DNA from: Acetilactobacillus jinshanensis
GTDB lineage: Bacteria; Bacillota; Bacilli; Lactobacillales; Lactobacillaceae
Reading direction: 5' to 3'
DNA length: 64,000 nucleotides
NCBI GenBank assembly: GCA_043289735.1
Contig: CP171343.1
Location: forward strand, 797,431 to 861,430
Shown: piece by piece, positions 31,572 through 41,280 of the stretch
Numbering within the stretch: the first letter of the stretch is position 1
Layout of the letters: the number at the start of each line of letters is the position of its first letter
The notes under the pieces: generated by a model
Databases searched by the model: none
The model's input: the letters and a program-made list of their open reading frames with translations, nothing else
What the model was told of the DNA's origin: nothing
Made by a program: the position numbers and the translations under genes

Positions 31572-31958
31572 TTAAATCAAGAAGAAATTATCTTTAGACT
31601 TATCATCATCGCAACAACTGTTGCAATGACACCATTTATCGGACCATTGATGAACGGCTTTCATAATCGGCTTTAGTTCTAGACCTTTTTTGGTCAGTGA
31701 ATATTCAATCAAAGCCGAATCAGAAAAGGTCTTTCGCTCAATGATACCGCATTGACAAAGTTCACGAAGTCGTTCCACCATTACACGGTCACTGCATTTT
31801 TTAATGATCTTGGAAAGATTCTTAAAGCGAAGCGGTCCTTCACAAATTAAAGCCTCAATAATTAAACCGTTCCACTTTTTGCCTAGCATCGTAAAAGTCT
31901 TATAAAACTTTGGACATAAATGAAAGGATTTCTGAACCGATTGATTAGCTCGGGGCAT
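31572..31958 (-). CDS. HxlR-family winged-helix transcriptional regulator with Cys-rich tail
   Basis: CPKFYKTFTMLGKKWNGLIIEALICEGPLRFKNLSKII matches the HxlR pattern; C-terminus WCHCNSCCDDD. Confidence 0.8.
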   Translation of the reverse strand: MPRANQSVQKSFHLCPKFYKTFTMLGKKWNGLIIEALICEGPLRFKNLSKIIKKCSDRVMVERLRELCQCGIIERKTFSDSALIEYSLTKKGLELKPIMKAVHQWSDKWCHCNSCCDDDKSKDNFFLI

Positions 31959-31971
31959 TCTAACGCCTCCC

Positions 31972-32466
31972 TTAAATCTTAGTTAATAACCGATGGACAT
32001 CTTTTCGAACCGGAGTAAAAAATTCCCTTACCGCTGCATAATCATCAACAAACGACACGAGATAACTTTCTTTATATTTAGGACGCGCTAACGTAAAGCC
32101 CCACATATGCTTTAAAATAATGTCTTTTTCTTTCGGGCTTAACTTCGTAATCCGTTCAGCATTTCGTAAAGCGACCCGCGGATGAATAAACGCATGGGTC
32201 CCTAAGCTGAATTTGGTCGTCCGCCAGTTATAATAAAATAAATCATGCAATAATCCGCCCCGAGCCGCTGCTCTAGCGTCTAAATGGTGCTTCTTGGCAA
32301 TTAAATAACTAACGTACGAAACGTAAATACAGTGCGCCAAACGCTTGGAATGATGATGGTGAGTAAAATGACGGAGCTTTAAAACCGCTGGATTAGCTAA
32401 AAGATCACCGACCTGTTTTAAATAGCCTTGATCGTGTCTCCATTGGTTAGCTTTCATTCTATTCAC
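31972..32466 (-). CDS. HD-domain phosphohydrolase
   Basis: 164-aa ORF; H..HS..VS and GLLHDLF (HD) motifs. Confidence 0.7.
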   Translation of the reverse strand: MNRMKANQWRHDQGYLKQVGDLLANPAVLKLRHFTHHHHSKRLAHCIYVSYVSYLIAKKHHLDARAAARGGLLHDLFYYNWRTTKFSLGTHAFIHPRVALRNAERITKLSPKEKDIILKHMWGFTLARPKYKESYLVSFVDDYAAVREFFTPVRKDVHRLLTKI

Positions 32467-32471
32467 TCCAG

Positions 32472-33241
32472 TTATTTAATTAATTCAAACATTAAAATTC
32501 CAGCCGCGACCGCAACGTTAAGTGATTCAGCACGGCCTCTAATCGGGATATAAAGGTTCTTAGTGGTCAAATTTAGTAACTTCTTCTGCATCCCGTTACC
32601 TTCGTTGCCCATCACTAAGCCGAAATTATCAGCAGAATTAACCTTTCGATAGTCAACGGCTTGGGGATCTAAAACGGTTCCGTATACCGGAACGTCGTTT
32701 TTAATTAAGTCTCGAATCCAATCATTCAGATCACCCCGGGCAAGCGTCAAATGAAACTGGCTACCCTGCATGGCCCGAACGACTTTCGGGTTATAGGGGC
32801 TCGCGGTGCCTTTCCCAAAGATGACCCCCGAAAAGCCGGCGGCATCCGCCGTTCGAACCATGGTTCCGATATTTCCGGGATCCTGAACCTGATCGAGTAA
32901 TAACCAGTCGCCCTGTTTAACGTCCCGCGGATCAACGGACGACAAGGAGTCATCTTAACGATGGCAAAAATCCCCTGCGGATGAACGGTCGAGGCTAATT
33001 TCTTAGCGACCCGGTCGGTAATCAAGATTAAATTCGAAAAGCGGTTCAGAACGTCACGATGCTGATTCAGCTGTTCAGCCGTCGTTAAGATCCATTTAAT
33101 CGGCTGGTTAGTCTGAATCGCGGTTCCGACTAAGTGCCAGCTTTCCAACAAGTAACAGCCGGTCTTTCGACGTTCGCTCTTATTAGTTAGCTTACTCCAT
33201 TGCTTAATTTTTTTATTTTGCGTCGATTTAATTTCTTTCAT
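32472..33241 (-). pseudogene. TrmH/SpoU-family RNA 2'-O-methyltransferase, single frameshift
   Basis: The N-part (33241 down, ..HPQGIFAIVKM) shifts frame at ~32950 into the C-part (SSVDPRDVKQGDWLLLDQVQDPGNIGTMVRTADAAG ... ESLNVAVAAGILMFE). 770 nt = 2 mod 3. Confidence 0.8.
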
Positions 33242-33352
33242 AATTTAATGTCACCTAACATCTTTTACCATACCATATAATTTATCAATTTAGCCACTCA
33301 TAGATTTGTTATAATTAAGGTGATTTAATTTTTTAAGGAGGCCTTTGGTAGA

Positions 33353-33526
33353 ATGGATAAAACCGTTCAGATAATCGTTAGCGGCCGGGTCCAGGGCGTC
33401 GGCTTTCGTTGGGCGACCAAGCAGGTCGCCGATCAATTAGGGAACCGGATCAGTCACCAATTTAATGGATGGTCACGTGAAAATTATTGCGCAGGCTATC
33501 ACCGACTCCTTACGGACACGTAAATA
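33353..33526 (+). pseudogene. acyP: acylphosphatase remnant (frameshifted, truncated)
   Basis: ATG 33353 gives MDKTVQIIVSGRVQGVGFRWATKQVADQLG (family signature V.G.VQGVGFR), then loses frame. The alternative frame gives ..NLMDGHVKIIAQA.. ~57 codons remain of ~90. Confidence 0.6.
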
Positions 33527-33560
33527 ACGTTAATTTACACTACTTAGGAGGACTAATTTA

Positions 33561-34466
33561 ATGAAAAAGAATCTTAAACACCTTAGTATTTTAGTCGCTT
33601 TAGGCGGACTAATGCCGCTCCTTAGTGGGTGTGTAAGAACCACGTCCAGCGGCAAGCCCTACGGTTTCGTCTACGACTACTTAGCAATTCCCGGCCAGAA
33701 AGTTATGAAGCGGATCGCTAACTTGGTCGGCAGCTACGGCTGGGCGGTTATCGTCCTGACCGTTTTCGTAAGATTGATTTTAATGCCGATGATGATCAGC
33801 CAAATGAAAAAGATGACCGTTCAGCAAGAAAAAATCGGTTTTATTCAGCCTCAATTAAAGGCCCTTCAAAATAAGCTCCGTCACGCTAAAGATCCACAGG
33901 ACCGTTTAGCAGCTAATCAGGAAATGATGGCTTTATACCGAAATAACGGCGTCAGCATGGTCGGCGGAATCGGTTGTTTACCGCTATTGATTCAATTGCC
34001 GGTCTTTGCCGCCCTGTACGCTGCGATTCGTTATTCGCCTGAATTATCCCACACTACCTTTATGGGAATCAGTTTGGGTCAGAAAAGCATTTTACTGGCC
34101 GTCCTCTCGTTCCTTATTTACGTACTTCAAGCCTATATTTCTCTCATCGGCGTTCCTAAATCTCAAAAGAAACAAATGAAAATGATGATGCTCTTCAGTC
34201 CGATCATGATCTTAATCGTAACCTTTAGCTCACCCGCCGGTTTAGGCCTCTACTTCTTCATCGGCGGTATTTTCGCTTGTATTCAGACGTTGATTATTAA
34301 CTTATACCGACCGCGGATTAGAGCTCGGGTTGCTGAATACGCTAAAGCTCATCCGGTTAAGCCCGTTAAAATTACCCCGAATCATAATGAAGAATCATCT
34401 AACTACAACAATTTTTATTTTATTTTAATTATTTTCCTTTTTCGTTACTCAAATCAGACAAAATAA
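33561..34466 (+). CDS. yidC: membrane protein insertase YidC/OxaA (lipoprotein type)
   Basis: Lipobox LLSGC; IVLTVFVRLILMPM, QPQLKALQ, GCLPLLIQLPVF. Confidence 0.92.
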   Translation: MKKNLKHLSILVALGGLMPLLSGCVRTTSSGKPYGFVYDYLAIPGQKVMKRIANLVGSYGWAVIVLTVFVRLILMPMMISQMKKMTVQQEKIGFIQPQLKALQNKLRHAKDPQDRLAANQEMMALYRNNGVSMVGGIGCLPLLIQLPVFAALYAAIRYSPELSHTTFMGISLGQKSILLAVLSFLIYVLQAYISLIGVPKSQKKQMKMMMLFSPIMILIVTFSSPAGLGLYFFIGGIFACIQTLIINLYRPRIRARVAEYAKAHPVKPVKITPNHNEESSNYNNFYFILIIFLFRYSNQTK

Positions 34467-34470
34467 AAAA

Positions 34471-34497
34471 GCCCACAGAATCCTAGGCATTCTGAAA
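34471..34497 (-). terminator. possible terminator after rpmF
   Basis: Short hairpin CAGAAT..ATTCTG, followed on the minus strand by GGGCTTTTTT; weak stem. Confidence 0.3.
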
Positions 34498-34520
34498 GCT
34501 TCTTTCTCGAGAAATTTCAA

Positions 34521-34697
34521 TTACTTTTTGTTAATAATTTCTTTACCGTCATAGTAGCCACAATTAGGGCATACAAAATGAGGTTTACGTAAAGCACCGC
34601 AGTTAGGGCATGGGCTTAAGCCAGGCATGTGTAACTTAATATTGGTACGGCGCAAACGCTTACGTTCTTTAGAAGTTTTCCGTGGTGATACTGCCAT
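34521..34697 (-). CDS. rpmF: 50S ribosomal protein L32
   Basis: Not in the ORF track. Hand translation: MAVSPRKTSKERKRLRRTNIKLHMPGLSPCPNCGALRKPHFVCPNCGYYDGKEIINKK. Confidence 0.92.
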   Translation of the reverse strand: MAVSPRKTSKERKRLRRTNIKLHMPGLSPCPNCGALRKPHFVCPNCGYYDGKEIINKK

Positions 34698-34755
34698 CGT
34701 TTAGCACCTCCTTATGCTTAAAAATTATCCACTAGTGAAAATTTTTAAGTCTTGC

Positions 34756-35322
34756 TTATTTATTCTTATTATTCTTAGAAAAATAATATTTTAATTTAGC
34801 AAGACGTGGATCAACTTGTTTACGGCCTGCCTTCTTAGGATGCTTATATTGATCTTCAGAGACCACGCTCCATCCGTTACCTTTCGGCATCAGATGATCA
34901 CGCTTTTCCTTCGAAGACAGGACCTGAACCGGTATCTGTAGAATAATATTATCAATGACTGATTTATCAAAATCAATTTCTCGATTCTGATCGGGCGTTA
35001 AAACCGTATCCCCTTCGGGATGTTCTTGTAAATACAGCTTTAAAGCATCCTTACCCTTAACGTAAATTTCCTTAAAACGAAAATTTAACGGGAGCTGAAC
35101 GGGTTTTAACGATCGACTCGAAGGAACCACTAATGAACAAATGATGTGGGCCGTTACGATAACTTTACCAAAATTATAATTAGCTAGTCCGTTAACTTTA
35201 ACGGGGCTGGCTGAAAAGATTTGGTCGGAATCCCGCGAGACTAACTGACGAGATAAAGCCATCGTTTTATGAACACGGACCGGTTTACCCAACGTGGATA
35301 AACGCTCCCAAGACCATTTCAT
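34756..35322 (-). CDS. yceD: YceD/DUF177 family protein (23S rRNA accumulation protein)
   Basis: Directly upstream of rpmF (ylbN position). Start at ATG 35320-35322 behind a GGAGG RBS. Confidence 0.8.
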   Translation of the reverse strand: MKWSWERLSTLGKPVRVHKTMALSRQLVSRDSDQIFSASPVKVNGLANYNFGKVIVTAHIICSLVVPSSRSLKPVQLPLNFRFKEIYVKGKDALKLYLQEHPEGDTVLTPDQNREIDFDKSVIDNIILQIPVQVLSSKEKRDHLMPKGNGWSVVSEDQYKHPKKAGRKQVDPRLAKLKYYFSKNNKNK

Positions 35323-35397
35323 TACTAGTCCTCCCAATTAGACAAAGTTAATTATACCTTATCATTAATTTAGATGTCAAGGTGAATTCCTTGATAG

Positions 35398-36388
35398 CTA
35401 CTTAATAACGGGATGCTGATATAGATCTTCATAACGATGAAACTTCATTTGAAAAAGCATTCCCGCTCGAAAGTCCCAGTTAAGATACTTAGTTAACGCG
35501 TTCTGGGTAACGTTAGTGATAATCGGAATCGAGACCCGCTTCTTAATCTGGTTTAAGTACTTCCGGCCTTTTCGATCAAAGCCCAAAATTCGTAAATACG
35601 ATTTTTAATCAAATTCCAATTCGTTTTAGTCAAATTTATCAAGACGTAGAAACATATTCTTAAAATCGATGAATAAGTATACCTTTTAGTCTTAACCTCA
35701 TGAAGAAACTGTTTAAAAGTTACGGACTGGATAGCAGCCTTCTTGAATCGGTGCTCCAAGCCCTCTCGCATTTGATAGACCGAACTCAAATCATTGATTG
35801 ACGTCTCAACGATTCGATAACGGAGTAACGGCCAGAACGTCGTCCAGTTAATCCACGGGACCTTCATCAATTTATGGTCATTACTTAACGATCGATACGC
35901 TTTGCCCGAGCGTAATTTAACGCTAATAAATCATTGGGGTTCTTAATTTTTAAACCCGTTTGCCGATAAAAATTCTGCCGAATCAGCGTCGAATAAGTGG
36001 CTCGATAATTTTGAAAGGCCCGGTGATCAGCCTTAACTTTAATCTGAGCTAAGCGGTCAAAATCCCAGCCGGGGTGTTCGCAGCCGAAAGCGAGCCAGTT
36101 ACAATGTAGTGACGAAATTATCTTTACGGCCTGAAAAGCAAAGAGATCCGCCGGCTGAACCGCAAACTGAGCCGGTAATTCAATCACTAAATCGGCACCG
36201 TTATCTAACGCCATCCGGGTCCGCTGCCATTTATCAACGATGGCGGGAATCCCGCGCTGAACCCAGTTACCGCTCATCACCACCGCCACTACGTCAGCGC
36301 CGGTCCTTTTACGAGCCCGTTTAAGCAAATACCGATGACCGTTATGAAACGGATTGAATTCAGCGATTATACCCACCGATGACAGCAT
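35398..36388 (-). pseudogene. tmcAL: tRNA(Met) cytidine acetate ligase TmcAL (YlbM), two frameshifts
   Basis: The N-terminus GIIAEFNPFHNGHRYLL..VMSGNWVQRG is diagnostic. Three consecutive ORFs (35885-36388, 35553-35870, 35398-35586) are each one frame further on. Confidence 0.8.
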
Positions 36389-36394
36389 TCTTAA

Positions 36395-36754
36395 TTACTT
36401 TTCCCACTTACTAACGTCGACTTCTGGGGCATCGGACCATAACTTTTCTAGATCGTAAAAGTCACGGGTCTCGTGCTTAAAGACGTGAACGATGACCCCG
36501 CCTAAATCAATTAAAATCCATTTAGCGGTACTCATCCCTTCAACGTCTAAAACGTCAACGTGATTCTTTTTACTCTGATCAATAATGGCGTTAGCGATCG
36601 CTTTGACCTGACGCGGGTTTGAAGCGTCCATAATGACAAAGTAATCCGCTAACACACCGATCTTAGCCATGTTAAAAGCCACGATGTTATGAGCTCGTTT
36701 GCCAGCCGCAGCCTTAACGACCAATTGTAAAATCTTATTACTATCGTTCATCAT
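36395..36754 (-). CDS. rsfS: ribosome silencing factor RsfS
   Basis: 119-aa ORF, ADYFVIMDASNPRQVKAIANAI, WILIDLGGVIVHVF. Confidence 0.92.
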   Translation of the reverse strand: MMNDSNKILQLVVKAAAGKRAHNIVAFNMAKIGVLADYFVIMDASNPRQVKAIANAIIDQSKKNHVDVLDVEGMSTAKWILIDLGGVIVHVFKHETRDFYDLEKLWSDAPEVDVSKWEK

Positions 36755-36762
36755 ATGCCTCC

Positions 36763-37365
36763 TTATTTAACGCCCGAGCCTGGAACCCAGGCGTTATACG
36801 TATCCAACGTCTTTGGAAAAACGTTCTGATTATTTTGAATCAAATATTCCAAAGTATGCTTAGTCTGATAAGCAACGCCCTTCTGTAAATTCTTAAAGGT
36901 AATCTTACGAGCTAAATCGACTCCCGGAAAATCACGGCCCATTTCAATGTAATCGGCCATGTAAACGATCTGCTGAAGTTTAGTCATGTAACGATTACCA
37001 ACGGTATGGTAACGAACGGCGCCCAAGATATCCTGGTCGTTAATGCCTAATTCATCTTGAACAAAATGCCAGCCGACCATTCCGTGCCAGATCGGGTTGC
37101 CATAATGCAATAAAATCGGGTCCATTTTATATTTCTTAATGGCGGCGATAAAATCCTTAGCCGGACGCTGCTTAGCGTAATCATGAACTAATCCGGCAAT
37201 ACTAGCCTTTTCGGGATCTTCACCGTACAATTTAGCTAATTTAATCGACATCTGTTCAACCCGCTGAACATGATCAAAACGGGGCTTACGTAAAGCGTGA
37301 TTTAATTTTTTTAATAATTCATCCCGACTGTTATTCGGAACTAAATTTTCGTGATATTTTAAAAT
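36763..37365 (-). CDS. yqeK: bis(5'-nucleosyl)-tetraphosphatase YqeK (HD domain); start codon uncertain
   Basis: GLVHDYAK HD motif. The frame is open ~44 codons upstream of the first ATG (37251) and encodes the conserved RFDHVQRV helix, but holds no ATG/GTG/TTG there. Confidence 0.75.
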   Translation of the reverse strand: MLKYHENLVPNNSRDELLKKLNHALRKPRFDHVQRVEQMSIKLAKLYGEDPEKASIAGLVHDYAKQRPAKDFIAAIKKYKMDPILLHYGNPIWHGMVGWHFVQDELGINDQDILGAVRYHTVGNRYMTKLQQIVYMADYIEMGRDFPGVDLARKITFKNLQKGVAYQTKHTLEYLIQNNQNVFPKTLDTYNAWVPGSGVK

Positions 37366-37369
37366 AACT

Positions 37370-38011
37370 TTAGTGATAAAGCTGGTGCTCCTTTATATAA
37401 TTTCGAACCGAATCGGGAACTAAATAACGAATCGACTGTCCTTGCCGAATCTTTCGCCGAATCAAGGTCGAAGAAATATCCACATACGGAACGTCGACCC
37501 AGATAACCGGAAATGAGTTCGACTTCACGGGATAACCGCTGCGTTTAACGCCCACGAAATGGACCAAATGCAATAGATCATTAATTCGATACCATTTAGG
37601 TAGATAAGCCACCATGTCGCCGCCGATGATAAAGAAATATTCATTCTGGGGATGTTCACGGGTTAACTTAAGCATCGTATCGTACGAATAGCTTCGTCCG
37701 CCCCGTCGCAACTCTTCGGTCTCTAAATAGAATCGGGGGTTAGATTTAATCGCCAATCGAACCATGTTCGCCCGATCTTGACCGTCAATCGCAAATTTAC
37801 GGTCAACGTGCGGCGGGATGGCATCCGGCATAAAGGCGACCTTATCCAGACCCAACTGGGTCATGACCTGATCTGCGATTAACAGATGTGCGTTATGAAT
37901 CGGGTTAAAGGTGCCGCCCAGGATTCCGATCCGGCGTTTCGGAATATTTCTGACGATCTCGCTTAATTCTTTAATTTTAGGCTTAAGATACGTTCGTTCA
38001 GTCCGTTTCAT
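37370..38011 (-). CDS. nadD: nicotinate-nucleotide adenylyltransferase
   Basis: GILGGTFNPIHNAHL, SSTLIRRKI. Confidence 0.95.
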   Translation of the reverse strand: MKRTERTYLKPKIKELSEIVRNIPKRRIGILGGTFNPIHNAHLLIADQVMTQLGLDKVAFMPDAIPPHVDRKFAIDGQDRANMVRLAIKSNPRFYLETEELRRGGRSYSYDTMLKLTREHPQNEYFFIIGGDMVAYLPKWYRINDLLHLVHFVGVKRSGYPVKSNSFPVIWVDVPYVDISSTLIRRKIRQGQSIRYLVPDSVRNYIKEHQLYH

Positions 38012-38022
38012 CTTAATTACCC

Positions 38023-38334
38023 CTAAATATTAGCGACGATCCGTGATAATTTCTGATATTTAGCTGACTTAGCAGGCTTAAACAACAACAACGTTTTACC
38101 GATTTCCTGCACCACGTTAATGTCGCTGTGGTCTTCAAGGTACTTTTTAACGTCCGTCGTACCTTCACCGGAATTAGGCAAAATCTTAATTTTAATTAAT
38201 TCCCGTCGGTTTAATGCTTTAAGCAATTCATCTACCAGCGTGGCATTAATTCCCTGCTTACCAACGGAAAAAATTGCACGCATTTGATTAGCTTGAGATC
38301 TTAAATAACGTTTTTGTTTACCTCGTAAATGCAT
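38023..38334 (-). CDS. yhbY: YhbY/CRM-domain RNA-binding protein (YqeI)
   Basis: LRGKQKRYLRSQANQMRAIFSVGKQGI; yqeI position. Confidence 0.85.
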   Translation of the reverse strand: MHLRGKQKRYLRSQANQMRAIFSVGKQGINATLVDELLKALNRRELIKIKILPNSGEGTTDVKKYLEDHSDINVVQEIGKTLLLFKPAKSAKYQKLSRIVANI

Positions 38335-38349
38335 AAAATCACCTCGTTT

Positions 38350-39474
38350 CTATATCATAGCTCGACGAATCATTACCGAAACGCCCTTTGGCGCCCAGCC
38401 GTTAATTATTACGTTAGCGGGAACCGTAATCCAGCCGAGTCCGGCAATCACCAAATCACTGCGGTAAGTCGTCTTAAATTGATGACGTATCCATGGCGGT
38501 AACGACTTCATATACTTATGATCGGGCGGCGTTAATAGTTTACCGATCTGACGATGATAGAAATCATCCGCATTCGCTAACTTAGTCCGGTGCACAATCA
38601 ATAAATTATCTACGTACACCGTAACCGGGCAACGATCCTGGCCCTTAAGGTAGTCAAAGCGGGCAAGGCCGCCCATGAAAACGGATTGCCCCGGATTTAA
38701 CTGATACTCACGCGGCTTAATCCGCTTCTTCGGGGCCGCGACTTTTAAATCTTTACCCTTCAGATAATGACTCATCTGGGTACTGTGAATAATTCCAGGG
38801 GTATCAATCAACTGATGACCGTCAGCTAGCGGAATTTTAATCTGATCCAGCGTGGTCCCCGGAAAACGGGACGTGGTGATCAATTCGCGAGTCCCGGTAT
38901 TCTGATGAATAATCTGGTTAATCAACGTCGATTTACCAACGTTAGTTACGCCCACCACGTAAACATCGCGGTGATGACGATACTGATCGATCTTTTCAAG
39001 TAGATGATCAACCTGCTGATTAGTCTTAGCGGAGACCAATTCGACATCGACCGGACGAATTCCAGCTAAGTTAGCTTGCTGACGCATCCAATCCTCTAAC
39101 TTACTCAATTTAAAGGATCTTGGCAATAAATCAGATTTATTACCCACTAACATAACGGGATTATGACCGGCAAATCGGTTAATACCCGGAATTAAGCTAC
39201 CGTTAAAATCAAAGATATCCACCATGCAAACGACTAACGCATTGGCGTTTTGAATCTGATTCAACAACTTTAAAAAATCATCGCTGGTCAAACTAACCGG
39301 TGCAATCTGACTATAATGGCGAAGTCTAAAACAACGCTGGCAATAAAAATTACCGCTTTGTTTATTCTTTTCGTACGCTGATTTAGGAATGTAGCCTAAT
39401 TTCTTCGGATCTTCAGTTTGAATCGGTGCACCGCAACCGATACAGCGTAATACATCATCGTTATTTTTTGTCAT
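38350..39474 (-). CDS. yqeH: ribosome biogenesis GTPase YqeH
   Basis: N-terminal Cys4 (CIGCGAPIQ..CQRCF), circularly permuted G motifs (NKSDLL, GVTNVGKSTLIN, DTPG). Confidence 0.9.
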   Translation of the reverse strand: MTKNNDDVLRCIGCGAPIQTEDPKKLGYIPKSAYEKNKQSGNFYCQRCFRLRHYSQIAPVSLTSDDFLKLLNQIQNANALVVCMVDIFDFNGSLIPGINRFAGHNPVMLVGNKSDLLPRSFKLSKLEDWMRQQANLAGIRPVDVELVSAKTNQQVDHLLEKIDQYRHHRDVYVVGVTNVGKSTLINQIIHQNTGTRELITTSRFPGTTLDQIKIPLADGHQLIDTPGIIHSTQMSHYLKGKDLKVAAPKKRIKPREYQLNPGQSVFMGGLARFDYLKGQDRCPVTVYVDNLLIVHRTKLANADDFYHRQIGKLLTPPDHKYMKSLPPWIRHQFKTTYRSDLVIAGLGWITVPANVIINGWAPKGVSVMIRRAMI

Positions 39475-40000
39475 TAATATCCCCCCGCCAAATCATAGTT
39501 CGACGATTCTTTCGTTTTAAGACGTGATAAATTCGCCGTTCAAAAAATCGATTGATTCGGGTGTTCCATTTATCAGTTTTAATCAAGGGCTTGACCCAAA
39601 TACTTTTGACGTGAGCATTATGGGCCGCCCAGACATCAGTCATTAACTGATCACCGACCATTACGATCTGATTACGCTTTAAATGATAACGACGAAGCGC
39701 ACGTTTAATTCCAAAAGCGGACGGCTTCATCGACCAGCTCACGAACGGTAGATTCAACCCTTTTAAAGCTTTAGAAACCCGGCGATGAGTATTATTGGAA
39801 ACCACCACTAATTTAATCTGGTGCTTCCTTAGAAATTCAGCCCAACGTTTCAACTGACGGGTAGCGTTGGGATCGTTCCACGCAATCAAGGTGTTATCCA
39901 AATCTGAAAAAATGGCCGTGATCCCCTGTTGCTGTAATCGTTTTGGCGAAACATTATAAATCGTATTAACCATCCAGGTCGGTTTAAACCAATCAATCAT
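39461..40000 (-). CDS. YqeG-family HAD-IIIA phosphatase
   Basis: FSDLDNTL, VVSNN, MVGDQLMTD. Confidence 0.85.
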   Translation of the reverse strand: MIDWFKPTWMVNTIYNVSPKRLQQQGITAIFSDLDNTLIAWNDPNATRQLKRWAEFLRKHQIKLVVVSNNTHRRVSKALKGLNLPFVSWSMKPSAFGIKRALRRYHLKRNQIVMVGDQLMTDVWAAHNAHVKSIWVKPLIKTDKWNTRINRFFERRIYHVLKRKNRRTMIWRGDINDKK

Positions 40001-40098
40001 AAATTACGCCTCAAAACTACTTAAGACAACAAAAAAGCTTTCACCTTAATCATAATACAGGCAAAAGCTTTTTTTAATCCTTTTATAATTCTTTTAAA

Positions 40099-40452
40099 TT
40101 ATAAAGATTTCTTAGCTTCTTTAGCTAAAGCGGTAAAGGATTTAGGATCACGAACGGCAATGTCAGCTAACATCTTACGGTTAATAGAAACCTTAGCTGA
40201 CTTTAAGCCGTGCATGAATTTACTGTAGCTCAAGCCGTGCTGACGAGCAGCAGCGTTAATACGGGTAATCCATAAACGACGGAAATTACCCTTCTTCTTA
40301 CGACGGTCACGAAATGCATATTGACGTGACTTCATAACCTGATCTTTAGCAGTCTTAAATAATGCGTGTTTAGCGCCTTGGTAGCCTTTAGCTGCCTTTA
40401 AAATGCGCTTACGACGACGACGAGTGGTATTTCCACCTTTTACTCGTGGCAT
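40099..40452 (-). CDS. rplT: 50S ribosomal protein L20
   Basis: [24 protein letters not shown]. Confidence 0.97.
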   Translation of the reverse strand: MPRVKGGNTTRRRRKRILKAAKGYQGAKHALFKTAKDQVMKSRQYAFRDRRKKKGNFRRLWITRINAAARQHGLSYSKFMHGLKSAKVSINRKMLADIAVRDPKSFTALAKEAKKSL

Positions 40453-40496
40453 TTAGAATTCCTCCTAATTATTAATTCGATTAATAGATCAAATAA

Positions 40497-40691
40497 TTAC
40501 TTGTGTAATAATTTGTTGTAAGTATTAGAAACGGTCTTGTTAGCCATTCGGGTACCACGTAACTGACGACGCTGTTTCTTGGTCTTACCGTGGAAACGGT
40601 GACTAGTTTTAGCATGACCACTCTTTAATTTACCACTAGCAGTACGCTTGAAACGTTTAGCAATGGCACGGTTAGTTTTCATCTTAGGCAT
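40497..40691 (-). CDS. rpmI: 50S ribosomal protein L35
   Basis: [23 protein letters not shown]. Confidence 0.95.
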   Translation of the reverse strand: MPKMKTNRAIAKRFKRTASGKLKSGHAKTSHRFHGKTKKQRRQLRGTRMANKTVSNTYNKLLHK

Positions 40692-40724
40692 AATTATAAT
40701 CCCCCTTAATCTATTTATATTAAT

Positions 40725-41267
40725 TTATTGTTTTTTCTTCATATCAACGGGTGCTAACATTAAGAACATGTTACGGCCATCCATCTTTGGTCTTTGAGTC
40801 AATTTAGCAACATCCTTCAAGCCGTCGTACATCTTATTCAAGACGTCACGACCGATTCCTTTATGAGTAATGGCACGGCCTTTAAACCAAATGGATACCC
40901 GAACTTTAGCACCTTTATGAAGAAATCGTTTAGCTTGATTCTTTTTAGTATTAAAATCGTTAGTATCAATGGTTGGACTCAAACGAATTTCTTTCATTCG
41001 AACGGTCCGTTGACGCTTACGAGCTTTCTTAGCCTTTTTCTGCTGCTGGAAACGGAATTTTCCGTAATTCATAATTCTAGCAACCGGTGGCTTAGCTTTC
41101 GGTGCAACTAAAACTAAATCTAAGTTCGCATCTTCAGCCATGGCTAAAGCAGCTTTAGTATTCTTAATACCAACTTGCTTACCGTTCTGATCAATCAAAC
41201 GAACTTTATAAGCTCGAATTCTTTGATTAACAATGGCACGGCTATTACGGTATCTTCTACGTATAAT
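40725..41267 (-). CDS. infC: translation initiation factor IF-3 (AUU start)
   Basis: The frame is open upstream of the track's Met. An in-frame ATT at 41265-41267 lies 6 nt after GGAGG, giving ..RRYRNSRAIVNQRIRAYKVRLIDQNGKQ. Confidence 0.9.
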   Translation of the reverse strand: MIRRRYRNSRAIVNQRIRAYKVRLIDQNGKQVGIKNTKAALAMAEDANLDLVLVAPKAKPPVARIMNYGKFRFQQQKKAKKARKRQRTVRMKEIRLSPTIDTNDFNTKKNQAKRFLHKGAKVRVSIWFKGRAITHKGIGRDVLNKMYDGLKDVAKLTQRPKMDGRNMFLMLAPVDMKKKQ

Positions 41268-41280
41268 TATCCACCTCCAA

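Noticed and set aside
40725-41267. infC lacking an ATG at its true N-terminus, which looked like another pseudogene
   Set aside because: An in-frame ATT 6 nt after GGAGG is the classic autoregulatory AUU start of IF-3, so the gene is intact.
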